Source: the human T2T-CHM13v2.0 reference genome, Homo sapiens. From it: DNA of 64,000 nt. Of this stretch, positions 14,233 through 28,329 are shown one piece after another. Under the pieces are notes generated by a model, which saw only the letters and a program-made list of their open reading frames with translations, was not told the origin of the DNA and ran no database searches. The position numbers were made by a program, and so were the translations under genes. The DNA is taken from assembly GCF_009914755.1 (NCBI RefSeq), contig NC_060928.1, one strand, 5' to 3'. Each line of letters begins with the position of its first letter. Position 1 is the first letter of the stretch.

Positions 14233-15025
14233 AGATCAGTAGTCACAAGTCATATTGATAGCATGTACACTTGACATAACCTGATATGTTTAGAATAGCA
14301 CTTTACTTCTATGATCTTTGCCCTAAAAATACATTATTCAAATCTAATCATAAGAAAAACAACAGACAAAAAATTATACAAAATGCCAATATACCTGGCC
14401 AATGATCTTCAAATTTATCAAGCTTGTAAAAAACAGGAAGTCTAAGAAACTGTCATAACCAAGCTGAGCCTTTGTAGAGATGATGACTTAAAGTAATGTG
14501 GTAACTTGGATAGGCAACTGGAAAACTCGAGGAAAAAATAAAATATTTAATTTCTAATAATTTATAAATTATACTTAACATGCTGTAGATTAGATCTCCA
14601 GAGCTTGTTCATCTTGTAACTGAAAGTTTGTACCCTTTGACCAAAATGTCCCAATTTTCTTCACTCCCCCAGCCTCTGGCAACAGCCTTTCTAACTCTCA
14701 TTTATATGAATACAGCTTCTTTTTATTCCACGTATAGGTGGCAGATATACTAATTAGTTTCATTATGGGCATCACCTCATAATGTATCAAAACATCATGT
14801 GGTACATCGTAAATATATACAATTTTTATTTGTTAGTTATACTTCAATAAAGTTAAGGAAAGTAATAGTGTACTAATATTGATTTATTAACTGTGAAAAC
14901 TATGTCCTACTAAGATATTAATAATAGGAGAAATTGGGTGTGAAGATAGATTGGATCTTTGCACTATACTTGTAACAATTCTTAATACAATACTTCTTTA
15001 AAACGATGTGTATTTAAAAAACCAA
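14233..15025 (+). mobile_element. L1MC/L1MD 3'UTR fragment, interrupted by an inverted L1MA
   Basis: 'tctaatcataagaaaaacaacagacaaa', 'gtctaagaaactgtcataacc', 'attaataataggagaaattgggtgtg'. Confidence 0.65.
14575..14861. mobile_element. Old L1MA/L1MB 3' end with a 5' inversion
   Basis: 14575-14740 is antisense L1MA ('tagatctccagagcttgttcatcttgtaactgaaagtttgtaccctttgacc'); 14741-14861 is the sense terminus ('aaatatatacaatttttatttg…tacttcaataaag'). Confidence 0.7.
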
Positions 15026-15370
15026 AATAAAGATTTACAAGGAATGATAACTTAATAATATATGTAAAAGAGACTGAATTTTGAATCAAAGTTATAGTAA
15101 CATTAAAAGAGTATGATTATGGAGAATAATTTTCCTAGGGCTGGTCAAGGGCAGAATATGTGTTTTTGTTTTCTCCTTCCCTGTAAATTCATTCTCTAGG
15201 TTAAGACTAGGTTAGCCAATATTGCTTATATTTTTAATATTCTATTTTTTTTCTTTTTCTATTTCTTACTTTATCATATACACACTCACACATATCCCTC
15301 CACCCTGGCACTATCTCATCAATTTTGTTTCTTTATAACAAAAAGTTATGAATATGTTTGTAACTTTTAG

Positions 15371-15669
15371 GGCCGTAAGTGATGGCTCACGCCTGTAATC
15401 CCAGCACTTTGTGAGGCGGGTGGATCACGAGGTCAGGAGTTCGAGACCAACCTAGCCAACATAGTGAAACCCTGCCTCTATGAAAAATACAAAAAATTAG
15501 CCTGGCGTGGTGCCAGGCACCTGTAATTCTAGGTACTCTGTCTGGAGGCTGAGGCAGAAGAATCGCTTGAACTAGGGAGGTGGAGGTTGCAGCGAGCCAA
15601 GATTGTGCCACCGCACACCAGCCTGGGCGACAGTGTGAGACTCCATCTCAAGACAAACACAACAACAAA
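15371..15669 (+). mobile_element. AluS (AluSg-like)
   Basis: Alu dimer with 'gatcacgaggtcaggagttcgagacc'; diverged TSD gaa(t/c)atg.tt.taactttta. Confidence 0.9.
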
Positions 15670-16086
15670 GAACATGGTTATAACTTTTAAATTTGGACTT
15701 AATTTTCTTATATTTTTCCAATATTTTCAATCCTCTAAAAACTGAAATTCTTAAAGACAAAGCCAGATGTTACCTAATAAAGTACATATGCACACATTTT
15801 TATAAAAACAAATAAACCCATGGATACAGCCATATTTATTTTAAAAAAGTCAACCATACCTTATATTAAAGACAATAATAAATTATAATCCAGAGGAGAT
15901 AGTTTGTAGAAAAAATTATTAACTTTATTTTCTTCTGTTTCATATATTTTTCTTTACAATCACTTTTTTAAACAAAATATTATGTTAGGTTTAGAGTGAT
16001 TTTACTGCATACATGATTAATTTATGCAATGTTCCTTTTTTCTGCTTTTATTTTTATGTCTTTTTTCCTATTTTCTTTCAAAGTAG

Positions 16087-16427
<341 letters not shown>

Positions 16428-17252
16428 TATCAAGCCATTTTGAATAGGAAAGTAGTATAACTACATTTGAGGCTTTCAAAATTTAAAACCATTTGATTTC
16501 AAGTTTCAGTTCTTCCATCTTTGCTTATGTAACCATGCACAATTCCTTTATTTAATAACTTTAGCTATAACATGGGCATGGAATAATATTGACATGGTAA
16601 GTTTCTTCTGAGTGTAAAATTAAGCAATGCACAAGCTCTTGAAAATGTGCTTAATCAATATTACCTACAGCTATTTTATTAAAACATTTATTATCATTGA
16701 TGAGTTTTACCCAAACTGATATCTACAAACAACCATTTGATTGAATTTGGAAGGGAAATTTCCAGTCTAACTCTAAGCTATTTCAAGGTTCATCTCTGGT
16801 CAATGGCTTGGTTGCAACCCAGTGAGATCCTGAACCAGAAATACCCAGAAAAACTTCTCCCAGAGTTTTGACCCTCAGAAATTGTGTGAGATAATCAATT
16901 TGCATTGTTTAAAGCTGATGAGTGTTGGAGCAATGTATTATGTTGCTATAAATACTTAGTATGTATTTCAGTACCTGTAAGTGAGATGTTGTTGAAAGAA
17001 CACCCTAAAATGTAGGAATAACTTTGAATTCCTTAGTGGACTTGGAGGACAGAATGTGAAAAAACAAAACAAACAAACAAAAAATGCCTGAGGTGTGTTA
17101 AGTAAATCGTTAATAGAATCCCAATGTTCTTTCATAAGGTTATTGGTAATGCCTATAGGTGAATGAGGTAAATCTTATTTAAAACTGGAGGAAAGAGGAT
17201 TTTTGTTATGTAATAGCAGAAGTTTATCAATACTACTGCTGCAATTATGTGG

Positions 17253-17643
17253 TGTTTGAGGTTGAATTGTGTCCTGCAAAAGATAGAAGTTGAACCCCTA
17301 ACCCCTAATACCACAGAAGGTGACCATATTTGGAGATGGGGCCTTTAAAGTGGTACTTATGGTTAAGATAGGTAATATGGGTGGCCCCTAATTCAATATG
17401 ACTTGTGTCCTTATAAGAAGAGATTAAGATACAGACACAGACAGAGGCAGGATTATGTGGTGATAACAGAAGAAGACAGCCATCTACAGACCAAGGAAAG
17501 GGGCCTTGCAAGAAACCAAACCAATCTTACCAACACCTTGATCTCAGACTTCTAGGCTTCAGGATTATGAAAAAATAAATTTCTATTGTTTTAAACCAAG
17601 AGATCTGTTGTAATTTGCTATGGCAGCCTTAGAAACTAGTACA
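17253..17643 (+). mobile_element. MLT1B LTR
   Basis: 'ggttgaattgtgtcc…ccttataagaagagattaag…actagtaca'; 5-bp TSD tgtgg/tgtag. Confidence 0.85.
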
Positions 17644-17773
17644 TGTAGAAAATAAAAAATGGACCTAAAATGCTGGGTAATTTGCTAAGTAGATTTTCAG
17701 CCAGAATATTGAAGGTGATACCTACTTCCTTCTTGTTGCTTATAACAACAGGCAAGGTTAAAGAAATAAAGTA

Positions 17774-18057
17774 GGCTGGGTGTGGCGGCTCACTCCTGTA
17801 ATCGCAGCACTTTGGGAAGCCAAGGTGGGCAGATCACCTGAGGTCAGGAGTTCGAGACCACCAGCCTGAGCAACATGGAGAAACACCATCTCTGCTAAAA
17901 ATACAAAATTAGCCAGGCAGGGTGGTGCATGCCTATAATCGCAGCTACTTGGGAGGCTGAGGCCAGAGAATTGCTTGAACCCAGGAGGCAGAGGTTACAG
18001 TGAGCCAACATCATACCACTGCACTCCAGCCTGGGCAACAAGAGCCAAACTCCATCT

Positions 18058-18088
<31 letters not shown>
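17774..18088 (+). mobile_element. AluSp-like
   Basis: 'caacatggagaaac' diagnostic, long A tail, TSD aaga..ataaagta. Confidence 0.9.
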
Positions 18089-18092
<4 letters not shown>

Positions 18093-21000
18093 GATAAAGT
18101 AAAAGAAAGACTGATGAACAAACTGGAGCCAGAACTTGCTGATTTTGAAAATACTCAGCGTCTCCAGAGGGCAACTGATAATAAAACTAATAAGAAATGG
18201 TTTCTGAGAAAAGATCAAATTTAGAGCAATGCCAGAGACCCCTGATCTAAAGATAAAGCTGAGGGTAACTGTAAAATCACTTGTAAAGATCTCACAAAGG
18301 TGAAAGATATGCTGTCTATGAAGATATAGCAAGGAACTGAGAGAGGCCTCTGGCCAACAGCCAGCAAGGAGCTGTTTTCCTCAGTCCAGCAACCTTCCAG
18401 AAGCTGAATTATGCTAATAATGTGAGTTAGTTTAGAAATGGATCCTCCCTCAACTGAACCTTCATATGAAACCACAGCCTCAATCAACAGGTTTACTGCA
18501 AACTTGTAAACCTTGCACCCTGAGGTAGAACCACCCAGTTAAGATTCTCCCAGAGTTCTGAACTCAGAAATTGTGTGAGAGAGTAAATGGTTGTTACTTT
18601 AAGCTGCAAAGTTTTGGGATAACAAATTATCCCAGTATAATTTCTTATAGTGCAATAGAGAATTAAAATGGTAAGGTTGCTGTGAATGTAAAACTAGATA
18701 ATGCAAGAAGCCCCTGCCACAGCATAAGTGCCCAATCTGTGTTATCAATGGCTATTTTATTACTATATCTATTATATTTGATAAGATTTTCCATTTATTA
18801 GCATACTATAAGAATATAGATATAATAGCTTTAATTTTAACAATAGTTCAAGAACTTCTGAATCTATCACAATACATGAAATTAACTTCTAAGATAACAT
18901 TAGGCAAGCGATTAATCTATACGATTTATAGATTTAAAATCTATATGATTTTAAAATCATATCTTATTTGATTTCCTGTATTTATTCCTACATGTGTCTC
19001 TTTGGTAAGTTTGCAGTATCTTACTTTATCCAACCATAAAATGAGAAATAGTTTCCACCTACTCACTTTGCAGGATATTGTGAAAATTAATGAGGTAATA
19101 TGTGTAAAGCTCTAGAAGCCTTTAAATAGTGCTATAAACATGAGTATTTTATCCCAGTGGGTGGGTTCTATCTATTTTTATGAATGGCTTCCAACATAGT
19201 GATAGAAGAGATAATGGACAGATAAATAGATAAGTAGGCAAACAGGAGACAAGGTAGGGAAAGAGAGAGAAAAAAATAGGATAAATAATAGTAGAAATTA
19301 ATGGCTTTGTAGTTTTTATGGAATTATCTTTTTGGCTTACTGACCACATGTATTTTCAAGGATATTCAAACATCCAGTATTTAGCAGCTACCTGATTTCT
19401 TCTTCGAATTTTTGGACTGATATAAGGGGAAATTAGTTATATCTTCATAATTGAGGCAACACATTATTTTTTCTTCTAATCTATGCACCGTTGTTCCTTA
19501 TAATGAGTAAAACCAATTGCAAATAATATAATTTTCTACCTTATCAGCCCTTTCTTCTCCCCTATGCAATCTATATTTTTCAGAATAACAATGCTTTAAT
19601 ATTTCTATTCTATATAACTACTTCTGTGTATTTAAATATAAGAACATATAGTAGGACATCACAATGAAAATAATTTCAAGCTGGCGTTCAGTGACATACA
19701 AACTACCAAGCAAAAGCATAGGTGACAAGTTATAACAAATTTCCAAAAAGAGGAAGAGACCATCTAAGCAAGATTTTCAAATGTACTGTGTGACAATCTG
19801 TTGTGTGATCTGTGCTAACTACATCTTCTCCCAAATTCAGTTGAAGAAAGACTTGAACATCATAAAGAGTCTAGAAATTCACGGGGAGTTGTTGATGAGC
19901 TTTGGGTCTTACCAAAGCCCTTTTAGAGTGGGGATTGAGAAACTTCCTTCTTATATCAAGACTCATGGGGAAAATAAAGAGTGTTTGTATATGTTCATTG
20001 GAATTGAGAGAAAACAGTATTTGGTATGTGATTCACTCCCTATTGTTTCAAAAGATAAGAAACTAGCTTGACTGTCTTGACACAGTTAAATTCAAAATTA
20101 ACGTAGATTGAAAAATAGCTCCACTCACAAGCGTCATGGATTAAGGTTGCATGCTTCTCATTGAGATGTATTGAACCCAAATTATTTAACCAACATGTTA
20201 TAAACACCATCTGGAAAACAAAACAAACAAAACAACAACAACAAAAAAACTTTCCAAATATAGAAGAAGAGGAATACAGTTGAATCCCAACAAATTGAGC
20301 AAGGATACTTCTAAGTGACCTACCAGAATGTACCAAAAGACTGTCATTGCATGTGAAGGATCCCTCAATGAAAAGAGAGGTATTGTCCAAAGACCATATA
20401 AAAGTGCTACAACCAGAATAAAGCCATCTTCCGTGGCTGCTCTTTATAGCATCCATGCATTTATTACCCTTTCTGACCTCACCACTGTGTCCTAGTGGAA
20501 TCACAGTGAGAGAAGAAAAGAAGAATATGGTGGGGAAAATAGGAAAGAAACTTACTTTAGATCCTTTCTCTAGAGGCTCTTTAATATTGAAATAGTTCAG
20601 GATAGAATCTTTAACTTTTCAAAGTTTTGAACTTCCAAGGATCTGGACATTTTACTAAAATGAGCCTATGTATTGACCTTAATTCCTGGAAACACTTTTC
20701 AGTAACAGAGAACCAAAAGACAAGTCAGGGAATTTGCCTTGAATTTTATCAAAGGGCAAAAAAGAACATGTCTCCAAAGTAGGTTGAACAAGAAGGGGGA
20801 GGAATAAATCAAGTTGTCCTTTGCTGTACTTGAGTCCTCAATGTATATGCATTATGTACTATATTTCACATATATCACATACAATATATGTGTTCTATTT
20901 TATTATGACCCATTTGATAAATTAGAAAATTAAATACCATCAAAATCAAATCACTTGCAAGGGTTCACATAGCAGGAAATGGGAAAAGCCAGATTAAAAA

Positions 21001-21794
21001 TCATTTTGGTTTCAGAATCCATTTTCTTAACTACTATATCATATACTGTGCCTCTTTTGCTTAGGTATTTATACATAGATGTGCACGTATATACATATAT
21101 GTAGATATCTGTATGTATATTTTTATTCTTTTTAATCCTTTAATAAACAGTAGAGTTATCATAGAGAAATACTGAGTGCTTTAGTTATTCTATTTTTTAT
21201 CTGAGATTATATACTGGGTAAGACTTTTCCATAAATTTTATAAATAGGAAATAGAATTATCTTCAAGTATTCATGGGATAATGGAGATAGGTGGAAAAGA
21301 GCAGAGAAATTATGAGTACTAGAACTGAAGTTTACTTCACAACTCTGGGGTGACATTTCAGATTGGTTTATAATTTGAAAATAAATAAAGGCTTTATGAA
21401 AATTCCTTCTAGTTTGGTTTTTCTCATTTTCTTCTCTGTCAATTAATTGGAATTAGATTTACTTTATTTGACCCAAATTGCTCAAGATGAATTTAGTATA
21501 CATAGAAATATATCTCCTTCTTCTGTATTATCAAAAAAGGATAGATATGCTTTTTATATGAATACACCATAGTAGAGGCACTTAGGTGTTTTATGATAAA
21601 AAAAAGAAATTAGGGTCTTCTCATCAAACTTTTGGGCAAGGTTATATAAGAAACTTATTTAAATTAGCTTTAAGATGGTTTTCTTTGTATATACTTCACT
21701 TTTGGGGTATGATGATGATATTTTAAAATATTAGTATGAATGTATTATTATTTATTAATTTTGAGTGTGGAAAATGAAGAAAAAAGGATGAAAG

Positions 21795-22050
21795 CAGCAT
21801 GGTATAGTATTTCAAAGAATGTGCTTAGAGCTGGATGATCTGACTATGAATTTTGGCTCAACCAGTTTCTACCTTCCTTTGTGCCCTTGAACAAGTCACT
21901 TAGCCTCTTTGCTCTCTAGTTTCTTCTTGCATTCAATAGAGATAATAACAGCAACTAACTCACAGGGCTATGGTAAGTGTTAAATGAGTTTATATGAAGC
22001 TCTTAAAACAGCACCTGACACAGAATAAGCAAGAAACAAAAATGTTTGTG
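21795..22050 (+). mobile_element. MIR SINE
   Basis: 'gcagcatggtatagt…ccttgaacaagtcacttagcctctttgctctctagtttc…ttaaatgag'. Confidence 0.8.
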
Positions 22051-22894
22051 AAATAAAAGTGTTATTGATTGGTTTTTGTTTTTTAGTCAAAGTTGGACTT
22101 ATATTTGCAATTTGTTCTTTTTTGATATAGTCTTAATTTGTAATTCATATTTTATATGTATATTCCCCATTAATCATATTTGTATCTCAGATATTTCACT
22201 GAATAATTAACTTAACTTTTGTAAATTCCAGAAGACATTAAAGAAGAATTTTGGACAGCAAAATGAAACTATGTGTTCTAAAAACTGGAAGTGTTTTATA
22301 TAGTTATTTATAAGGACAGTCACACAGAAGAAAGACTAGACCATACTGTGTATGGATTATTCTATTTCTATAGCATTCTAGCAGCATCTAAGAGGAACAT
22401 TGATATAAAATCAAGAGGAAGTATATATGAGTGGTAGAAGTGAAGTACTAAGGGAGAGGATCAACAAATAGTTATTATGTATGAAGCATGAAGACATAGC
22501 TGTGTTCTAAAAGGAGCACTTTTAGAGCTGAAGTACGAGATCTGAGAAGGATCAGATTCACAGATGGTGAATTGGGTAGAGTGGGGTCTACTCTTAGGGA
22601 AGACAGAAAGCCCACAACAGGAGTGTCTGACATGAGTCACGTAACCCACCTGGGAATGGAAGGGCTGGAAACTATATAGTAAGCAAATGGACACCCATCT
22701 CCTTACTTGGAGTAAAAGGTAATGCATTTCCTCTTTTCCAATTGATTATTTTCCACTGCCTTAAAGGTAATCAACAGGGATATAAGGTAGATCTGTGTCT
22801 AGAACAATTCATCAATTTTACTCACATGGAAACAGCCTGTTACTTAATAGCTTTCTGGGTTCCACTAGTATTTCTACTATTCAGCACAGAAAGG

Positions 22895-23277
22895 TTGGTC
22901 CAAAAGCATTTAAAATCAATAGATCTGGGATTATGTGGCCTTAGGTAGCTGGTTGTACATCTTTCCTTAAATCGATCCATGTTACCACATAGTAATTTTA
23001 GTTTAGGACTCGATAACAGTAAAGTGTTCACTATGTGCAAGGGTATTGAAGTTCTTATGACCACAGATCATCAGTACTGTTGTCTCATGTAATGCTGAAA
23101 CTGAAATGGTTCATGTTTGCATTGTTAAAAATGTTTGAAATAGAATGAGTGCTATGAATGTTGAAAACTGCAATGTCCGTTATGAGGGCCAAAAATCTGT
23201 TTTGAAGGCAGCTACACTTTGAAGTGGTCTTTGAATACTTTTAATAAATTTATTTTGATAACCAATATTGAAAAAAA
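22895..23277 (+). pseudogene. 5'-truncated retrocopy of an mRNA 3'UTR end (resembles the SRSF1 3'UTR from memory)
   Basis: Non-repeat sequence ending AATAAA (23243-23248), 22 nt, then an A7 run (23271-23277); text matches my recollection of the SRSF1 mRNA end; no TSD found. Confidence 0.6.
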
Positions 23278-23415
23278 TCATGAGTGAAAATAAAATATTT
23301 AATTTCCACAGTTTCTCATTGTTTGCAAAGTAGGAGACTTTGTGGCAATAGAGCTTTTTGGCATTCTCAGGCTAAGTAGGAATAAAAACTGAATTGTGTT
23401 GGTGAAAAATAATAG

Positions 23416-23914
23416 TGTATTAGCTTTTTATTGATGTATAAGAAATGACCACACATTTAGCAGTTCGAATGACACACTATTAATATCTCAAGGATTTCTC
23501 AGGATTACAGACACAGATTAACAGGATTCTCTGCTCAGGGTGGCTTGAAATCAAGGTGACAGATGGGGTTGCAATCTCATCTGAAGCTGAGCCTTATCTT
23601 TCAAATGTATTCAGGTTTCTCTGCAGAATTCGGTTCCTTGAAATTGTAAGACTAAGGCACTTATGTCCCTGCTGGCTATTGGCTGAAGTCACTCTCAGCT
23701 CATAGAGGCCACCAGAGTCCTTTATCATCACATGGTTCTCTGACAACATGGAAGTTTACTGGTTCAAGGTTAGCAAGAGAATACCTCTTTTGTCTGCAGC
23801 AGCACAGTCCTATATCAGGTAATGTAATCATAGGAGTCACTATCTCATTACGTACCCTTATATTCACAGATCCCCGCCATGCTCCATGAAGCCATCTAAG
23901 AATTCTCCTACCAC
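23416..23914 (-). mobile_element. MLT1E-like LTR
   Basis: 'tgtattagctttttattg…cagaattcggttccttg…gaattctcctaccaca'. Confidence 0.75.
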
Positions 23915-24291
23915 ACATAAGCAGTAGAGGAGACGGTGGCAATTATGAAATCAAGTGCCTTTTTCCAAATTTACTGCTGCTACTAAGCCCCAGCCAATTG
24001 TTGCTACATGAGAATCAATACCAAGTTTTCCAAATTTTCAAGTGATGCTGAAAATCCAAAGTTGTATACTGTGTTTTCCAATATTTAAAATAGTGCCAAG
24101 CATTCAGCTGTTAGAACCGATAAGCAGAATAATGCATAGGACTGCCAATTATAGAAATTTAGTCACACCTCTATGATCTAGAAAGTGTCATAGATCACAA
24201 AAATATAATAAAAAATACAGGACAGTCAAGGAAAATACATGAAAATAGAAAAACCACATAGCATAAAACAGGAAAAAATGTGGTTACTTTT

Positions 24292-25029
24292 TGTCTTAGT
24301 CAGTTAGGGATACTGTAATGATATGGTTAGGCTCTGTGCCCCCACCCAAATCTCATTTTAAATTGTAATCCTCATAATCCCCACATGTCAAGGGCAGGAC
24401 ATGGTGGGAGGTGATTGGATCATGGGTGCTGGTTCCCCCATGCTGTTCTTGTGATAATGAGTTCTCACAAGATCTAACGGTTTTATAAGTGTTTAACAGT
24501 TCCTCCTATAGACTCATTCTCTTTCTTGCCTGTTGCCCTGTAAAAAAAGCTACTTTCCCTTCTGCCATGATTGTAAGTTTCCTAAGGCCTTTCCCACCAT
24601 GCAGAACTGTGAGTCAATTAAACCTTTTTCCTTTATAAATTACTCAGTCTTGGATATTTCCTTTTAGCCATATGAGGATAAACTAATAGATATAGCAAGA
24701 TACAATAGACTGGGTGGTTTATAAATGACAGAAATTTATTTTTCACAGTTCTGAAAGCTGGAAGTCTAAGATCAGGTTGCCAGCATTGTTGTTGTCTGTT
24801 GAGGGTCCTTTCTCGGTTGGAAACTGCCCACTATTTGTGTATTCTTAGAGAGAATCAATGTCTCTCAAGACTCTTATAAGAGCATTAATCCCATTAATAA
24901 GGATTCCATTCTCATGATCTCATCTAATCCTAATTTTCTACCAAAAGCCTCACCTCCTAATATCATAACATTAGGGGTTAAGTTTTCCACATATGAATTT
25001 TGAGAGGACACAAACATTCAGTCCATTCA
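24292..25029 (-). mobile_element. MLT1A0-like LTR interrupted by THE1
   Basis: 'tgtcttagtcagtt…' resumes at 24691 'tatagcaagatacaatagactgggtggtttataaa…gacacaaacattcagtccatt'. Confidence 0.8.
24319..24690 (+). mobile_element. THE1D/MSTA-like LTR
   Basis: 'tgatatggttaggctctgtgcccccacccaaatctc…gtgagtcaattaaacc…actaataga'. Confidence 0.85.
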
Positions 25030-25120
25030 ACTTTTTCAGTGGAGGGTGAGTCATAGAATTGTGTTTGAATGCTTCATCGAGAAAACAAGAACTTGAACTG
25101 GAACCTGACAGGAATAAAAT

Positions 25121-25440
25121 AAGGGTCAGCAAACTATACCCCATGGGCTAACTCTGGACTTGGAGCTGAAACTTTATATATATAACTTTTAAAATATATA
25201 TATAAATATTTATATATATCAAAGCAAGTTTCATGACACATTAAAATTACGTGACATTTAAATTTCTGTGTTGATTAATAATATGTCATTAGAACAGGGT
25301 TACACTCATTTGTTTATGTGCTGTCTATGACTATTTTCAGGTACATTAGTAGAGAAGAGTTGTTGTGACAGAGACCATACAGGCCACTGAAGATATCACC
25401 AGATAACGGGAATTTCCTATTATTGGTTGATCATCACTTT
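25121..25440. mobile_element. MER58 (hAT-Charlie)
   Basis: 'agggtcagcaaactat', 'acactcatttgtttatgtgctgtctatgact', 'gttgtgacagagaccata'. Confidence 0.7.
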
Positions 25441-26624
25441 GCACTAGTCTCACTGTCTCTCTCTCACTGTTAGGACTTCTCCAGACAACATCAATCTTAT
25501 ACTCTCCCAGTGTTGACACTGTACTCACTTCACATTAAATGTACTTCTCTCTCTCCACTTACTGGCAATGGAAGATTAAACATATTAGTTTCTCAAAAGT
25601 AGTAGCAACTTTGAATGGCAGCTCTAAGTTTGAGAGATTCTATAGAAGGTGACTTGTAGAAAACAATTGTGGGTATCTTCTTTCTGTGGAGACATTTAGA
25701 TGCAAATAGTAGTGAACCAAATATTCATTTTCCTTCTGGCTTTGATCCAGCATGGCAGAAATATTTACACTAATGAGTTTTTGTGAAACAGTGACAAATA
25801 CAGAACATCTGGAAAGCCAAGGGAGCCAGCCTGGGACGTCTAACAGTTAGTATATCATGCTATAATTCTAACAGAACATCATACACACACACACACATTG
25901 CTGTTGTTCTTGTCAAATTCTATAAATTTCTTCTATTTGAGTCATAAAAGACCATGATTTCTATAGTTAAATAAAAATATAAATAATGATAGAAATTACT
26001 AAACCCATAGCATTTTGGTGTGGATAGAAACAATATTGAAGAAAAACTTAAAATATCAAAAGAATGTCATCATAGGAAAGAGGAAGTTGTGTATGTTATT
26101 GCTGGAATCTGGATCAGGGGCCAAAATTAATGGATGCCAAAATATTTGAACATAACTAAAATCAATTATCAAATTGTCTGAACAATTTGTCATTTTCTAT
26201 CAATTAAAGTCTCTAATAGTTTTTTAATTGAAGAAAAGTTTCCTCAGTAAAAGTGCTTATATTTTTTAAAAAGTTTAAGGCTAACAAAAAATGTGGTTTT
26301 TAATTGTTAAATTTCCATTTCTAATATCTAATTCATTCTTAAAAGGGAAAGACACACACACATGCACAAACACACACACTTACACACACATACATATCTT
26401 TCTTGTTTTAAGAAATTGATGAATGAAGACCCATATTTGGAAACATGAAACTTAAGTTTAAAAATTATTTTAGGCTGATTTTTTATGTCTGTGGACATGG
26501 CTTCAATTAAGTATACGAGTTATTTTATGAGTATAGGAGTTATTTATATGAATTTCATTTAAGATTACATAAATTATCCCACAGGTCTATCAAAAGAAGA
26601 AAGATAAACACACAGAAAGATAGT

Positions 26625-26974
26625 TGGCTTAATCCATTTTGTGCTGTTATAACAGGATACCACAGCCTAGTTACCTTTTATGAATAGAAATGTATTCACT
26701 CATGATTCTGGAGGCTGGGAAGTCCAAGCTCTGGAAAGGGCCTTCTTGTGTCATCCCATGGCAGAAGAGCAAAAAGAGGGGAAGAGAGAGGCAAAAGGGG
26801 GATGAACTTACACCTTTATAAGGAAGCCACTCCTTTTATAATAGCATTAATACACTTATGAGGGCAGAGCCCTCATGGCCTATCATCTCTTAAAGATCCC
26901 ATTTCTTAGTACTGTTTGAATGGTAATTAAATTCAGCATGAATTTGGAAGGAGACAAACATTCAAACCATAGCA
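26625..26974 (-). mobile_element. MSTD-like MaLR LTR
   Basis: 'gagggcagagccctcatggcc…acattcaaaccatagca'; perfect TSD atagt at 26620-26624 and 26975-26979. Confidence 0.85.
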
Positions 26975-26979
26975 ATAGT

Positions 26980-27290
26980 ATACAATTTAATACTTCTCAG
27001 CAATAAAAAGTAACGAACTGCTGGTGCATGCAACAGCACAAATGAAATCCAAAAACATGTTGAGTGAAAGAAGAACTCAGATTCAAAATTAATTGATAAT
27101 GACAGACATTAAAAAATTGTCTTCTCTGGAAGAGGCAGTAGATTTCACTAAAAAAGAATATGAGGAAACTTTTTAGTTGGATAAAAATATTCTATATCCT
27201 GTTACGGTTGCACAGGAATATTTAATTATTAAATAATCTACTGAAAACTTAAGTTCACTGCAGGTTATTGTGAATATATACATATAAAAA
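26980..27290 (+). mobile_element. L1ME 3' fragment
   Basis: 'cagcaataaaaagtaacgaactgctggtgcatgcaacagc…ttgagtgaaagaag…gaggaaactttt…aaatattctatatc'. Confidence 0.65.
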
Positions 27291-28329
27291 GACTAGGAGA
27301 AAAAATTAACACAGTGGTTTTCTGGTTAATCATTGCTTTCATTTTTTTCCTTATTTTTCGGTATTTCCTTAATTTTGATATGAAGAAGCTAAAATATTTA
27401 TATAACTATGTATACATACAAATATATTTATAATTATATATTGGAAAAATGTTTTATTTATAAAGCACATAATAAATAAAAGTAAGAAAAGTAAGGTCTT
27501 CACAGTTTATTGCTAAGATGGTGTGAGAGCTCACTAGAAGTCATGAGTAGAGAAGTGGAAGCACCTGATTATTCCCTACACTTAGAATTTTATTTTTTTC
27601 TATTTTCTTGCCTGTTTACTTTTTGCTTTGTATTACCCCTTTGATCTAATACCTGAAGCTTTGTTCTGCCCTCTTTTATAGATAGAATCAGAACCAGATA
27701 ACAAGGGCTGTTGTATAAATCACTAAAATTATAGATATTTTGTTCACCAGTATATTTGCAATAGTATAGGATTAAATAAAAAAATGAAGAGGTTTTTTTA
27801 CTATGGAAAATTATGTAAAATATTCAATTTTGGAGAATTCTTGGGAAAACTGGTTCTGGATTACTGATAAGGACCTAATGTTTAAAAATAAAAATATTTA
27901 AGAATAAGATCTAATCTGAACTAGAATATATCATAATTTTGTTTGTTTTGAATATTATGTTGCAAAATGTATCTTTGTATGTGTTGGAGATGTGGCAGAT
28001 ATATTCTCCTTTTTGAAAATTAAGAATAGGCTTCCAATTCATTAACTACTTATGTTTGTAAAACCAAAATTAAATTTTCTGTAGAATACAATAGCATGGA
28101 AGAAAATTGAATTGTTATTCTTCCTTTAACAACCTGCTAAATATTTTTATTGTAAAGATTATTTATTATATATAATTGTGGTTATGTATACATAAGTAGA
28201 TCAAGGAGCCAAGACTACTCATTTGGAAACCAAGGATTATATGTCTTACTACAACCAATTCCTTACTCAAGCTAATCTGTGTACCATATCCAAATTATTC
28301 TCCTTCCCTGATTCTCCTGGGCCCAATCT

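Larger units (their letters stand above)
16810..18670 (+). mobile_element. MLT1E/F-type MaLR remnant (LTR end, internal region, LTR) with nested MLT1B and Alu
   Basis: Two LTR 3' ends share 'ttctcccagagtt.tga.c.tcagaaattgtgtgaga' (about 16855 and 18545), with MaLR-int-like sequence between. Confidence 0.65.

Noticed and set aside
19781-20504. Overlapping 96-aa and 154-aa ORFs in non-repeat-looking DNA
   Set aside because: No recognisable domain; the minus-strand frame runs through a (CAA)n simple repeat.
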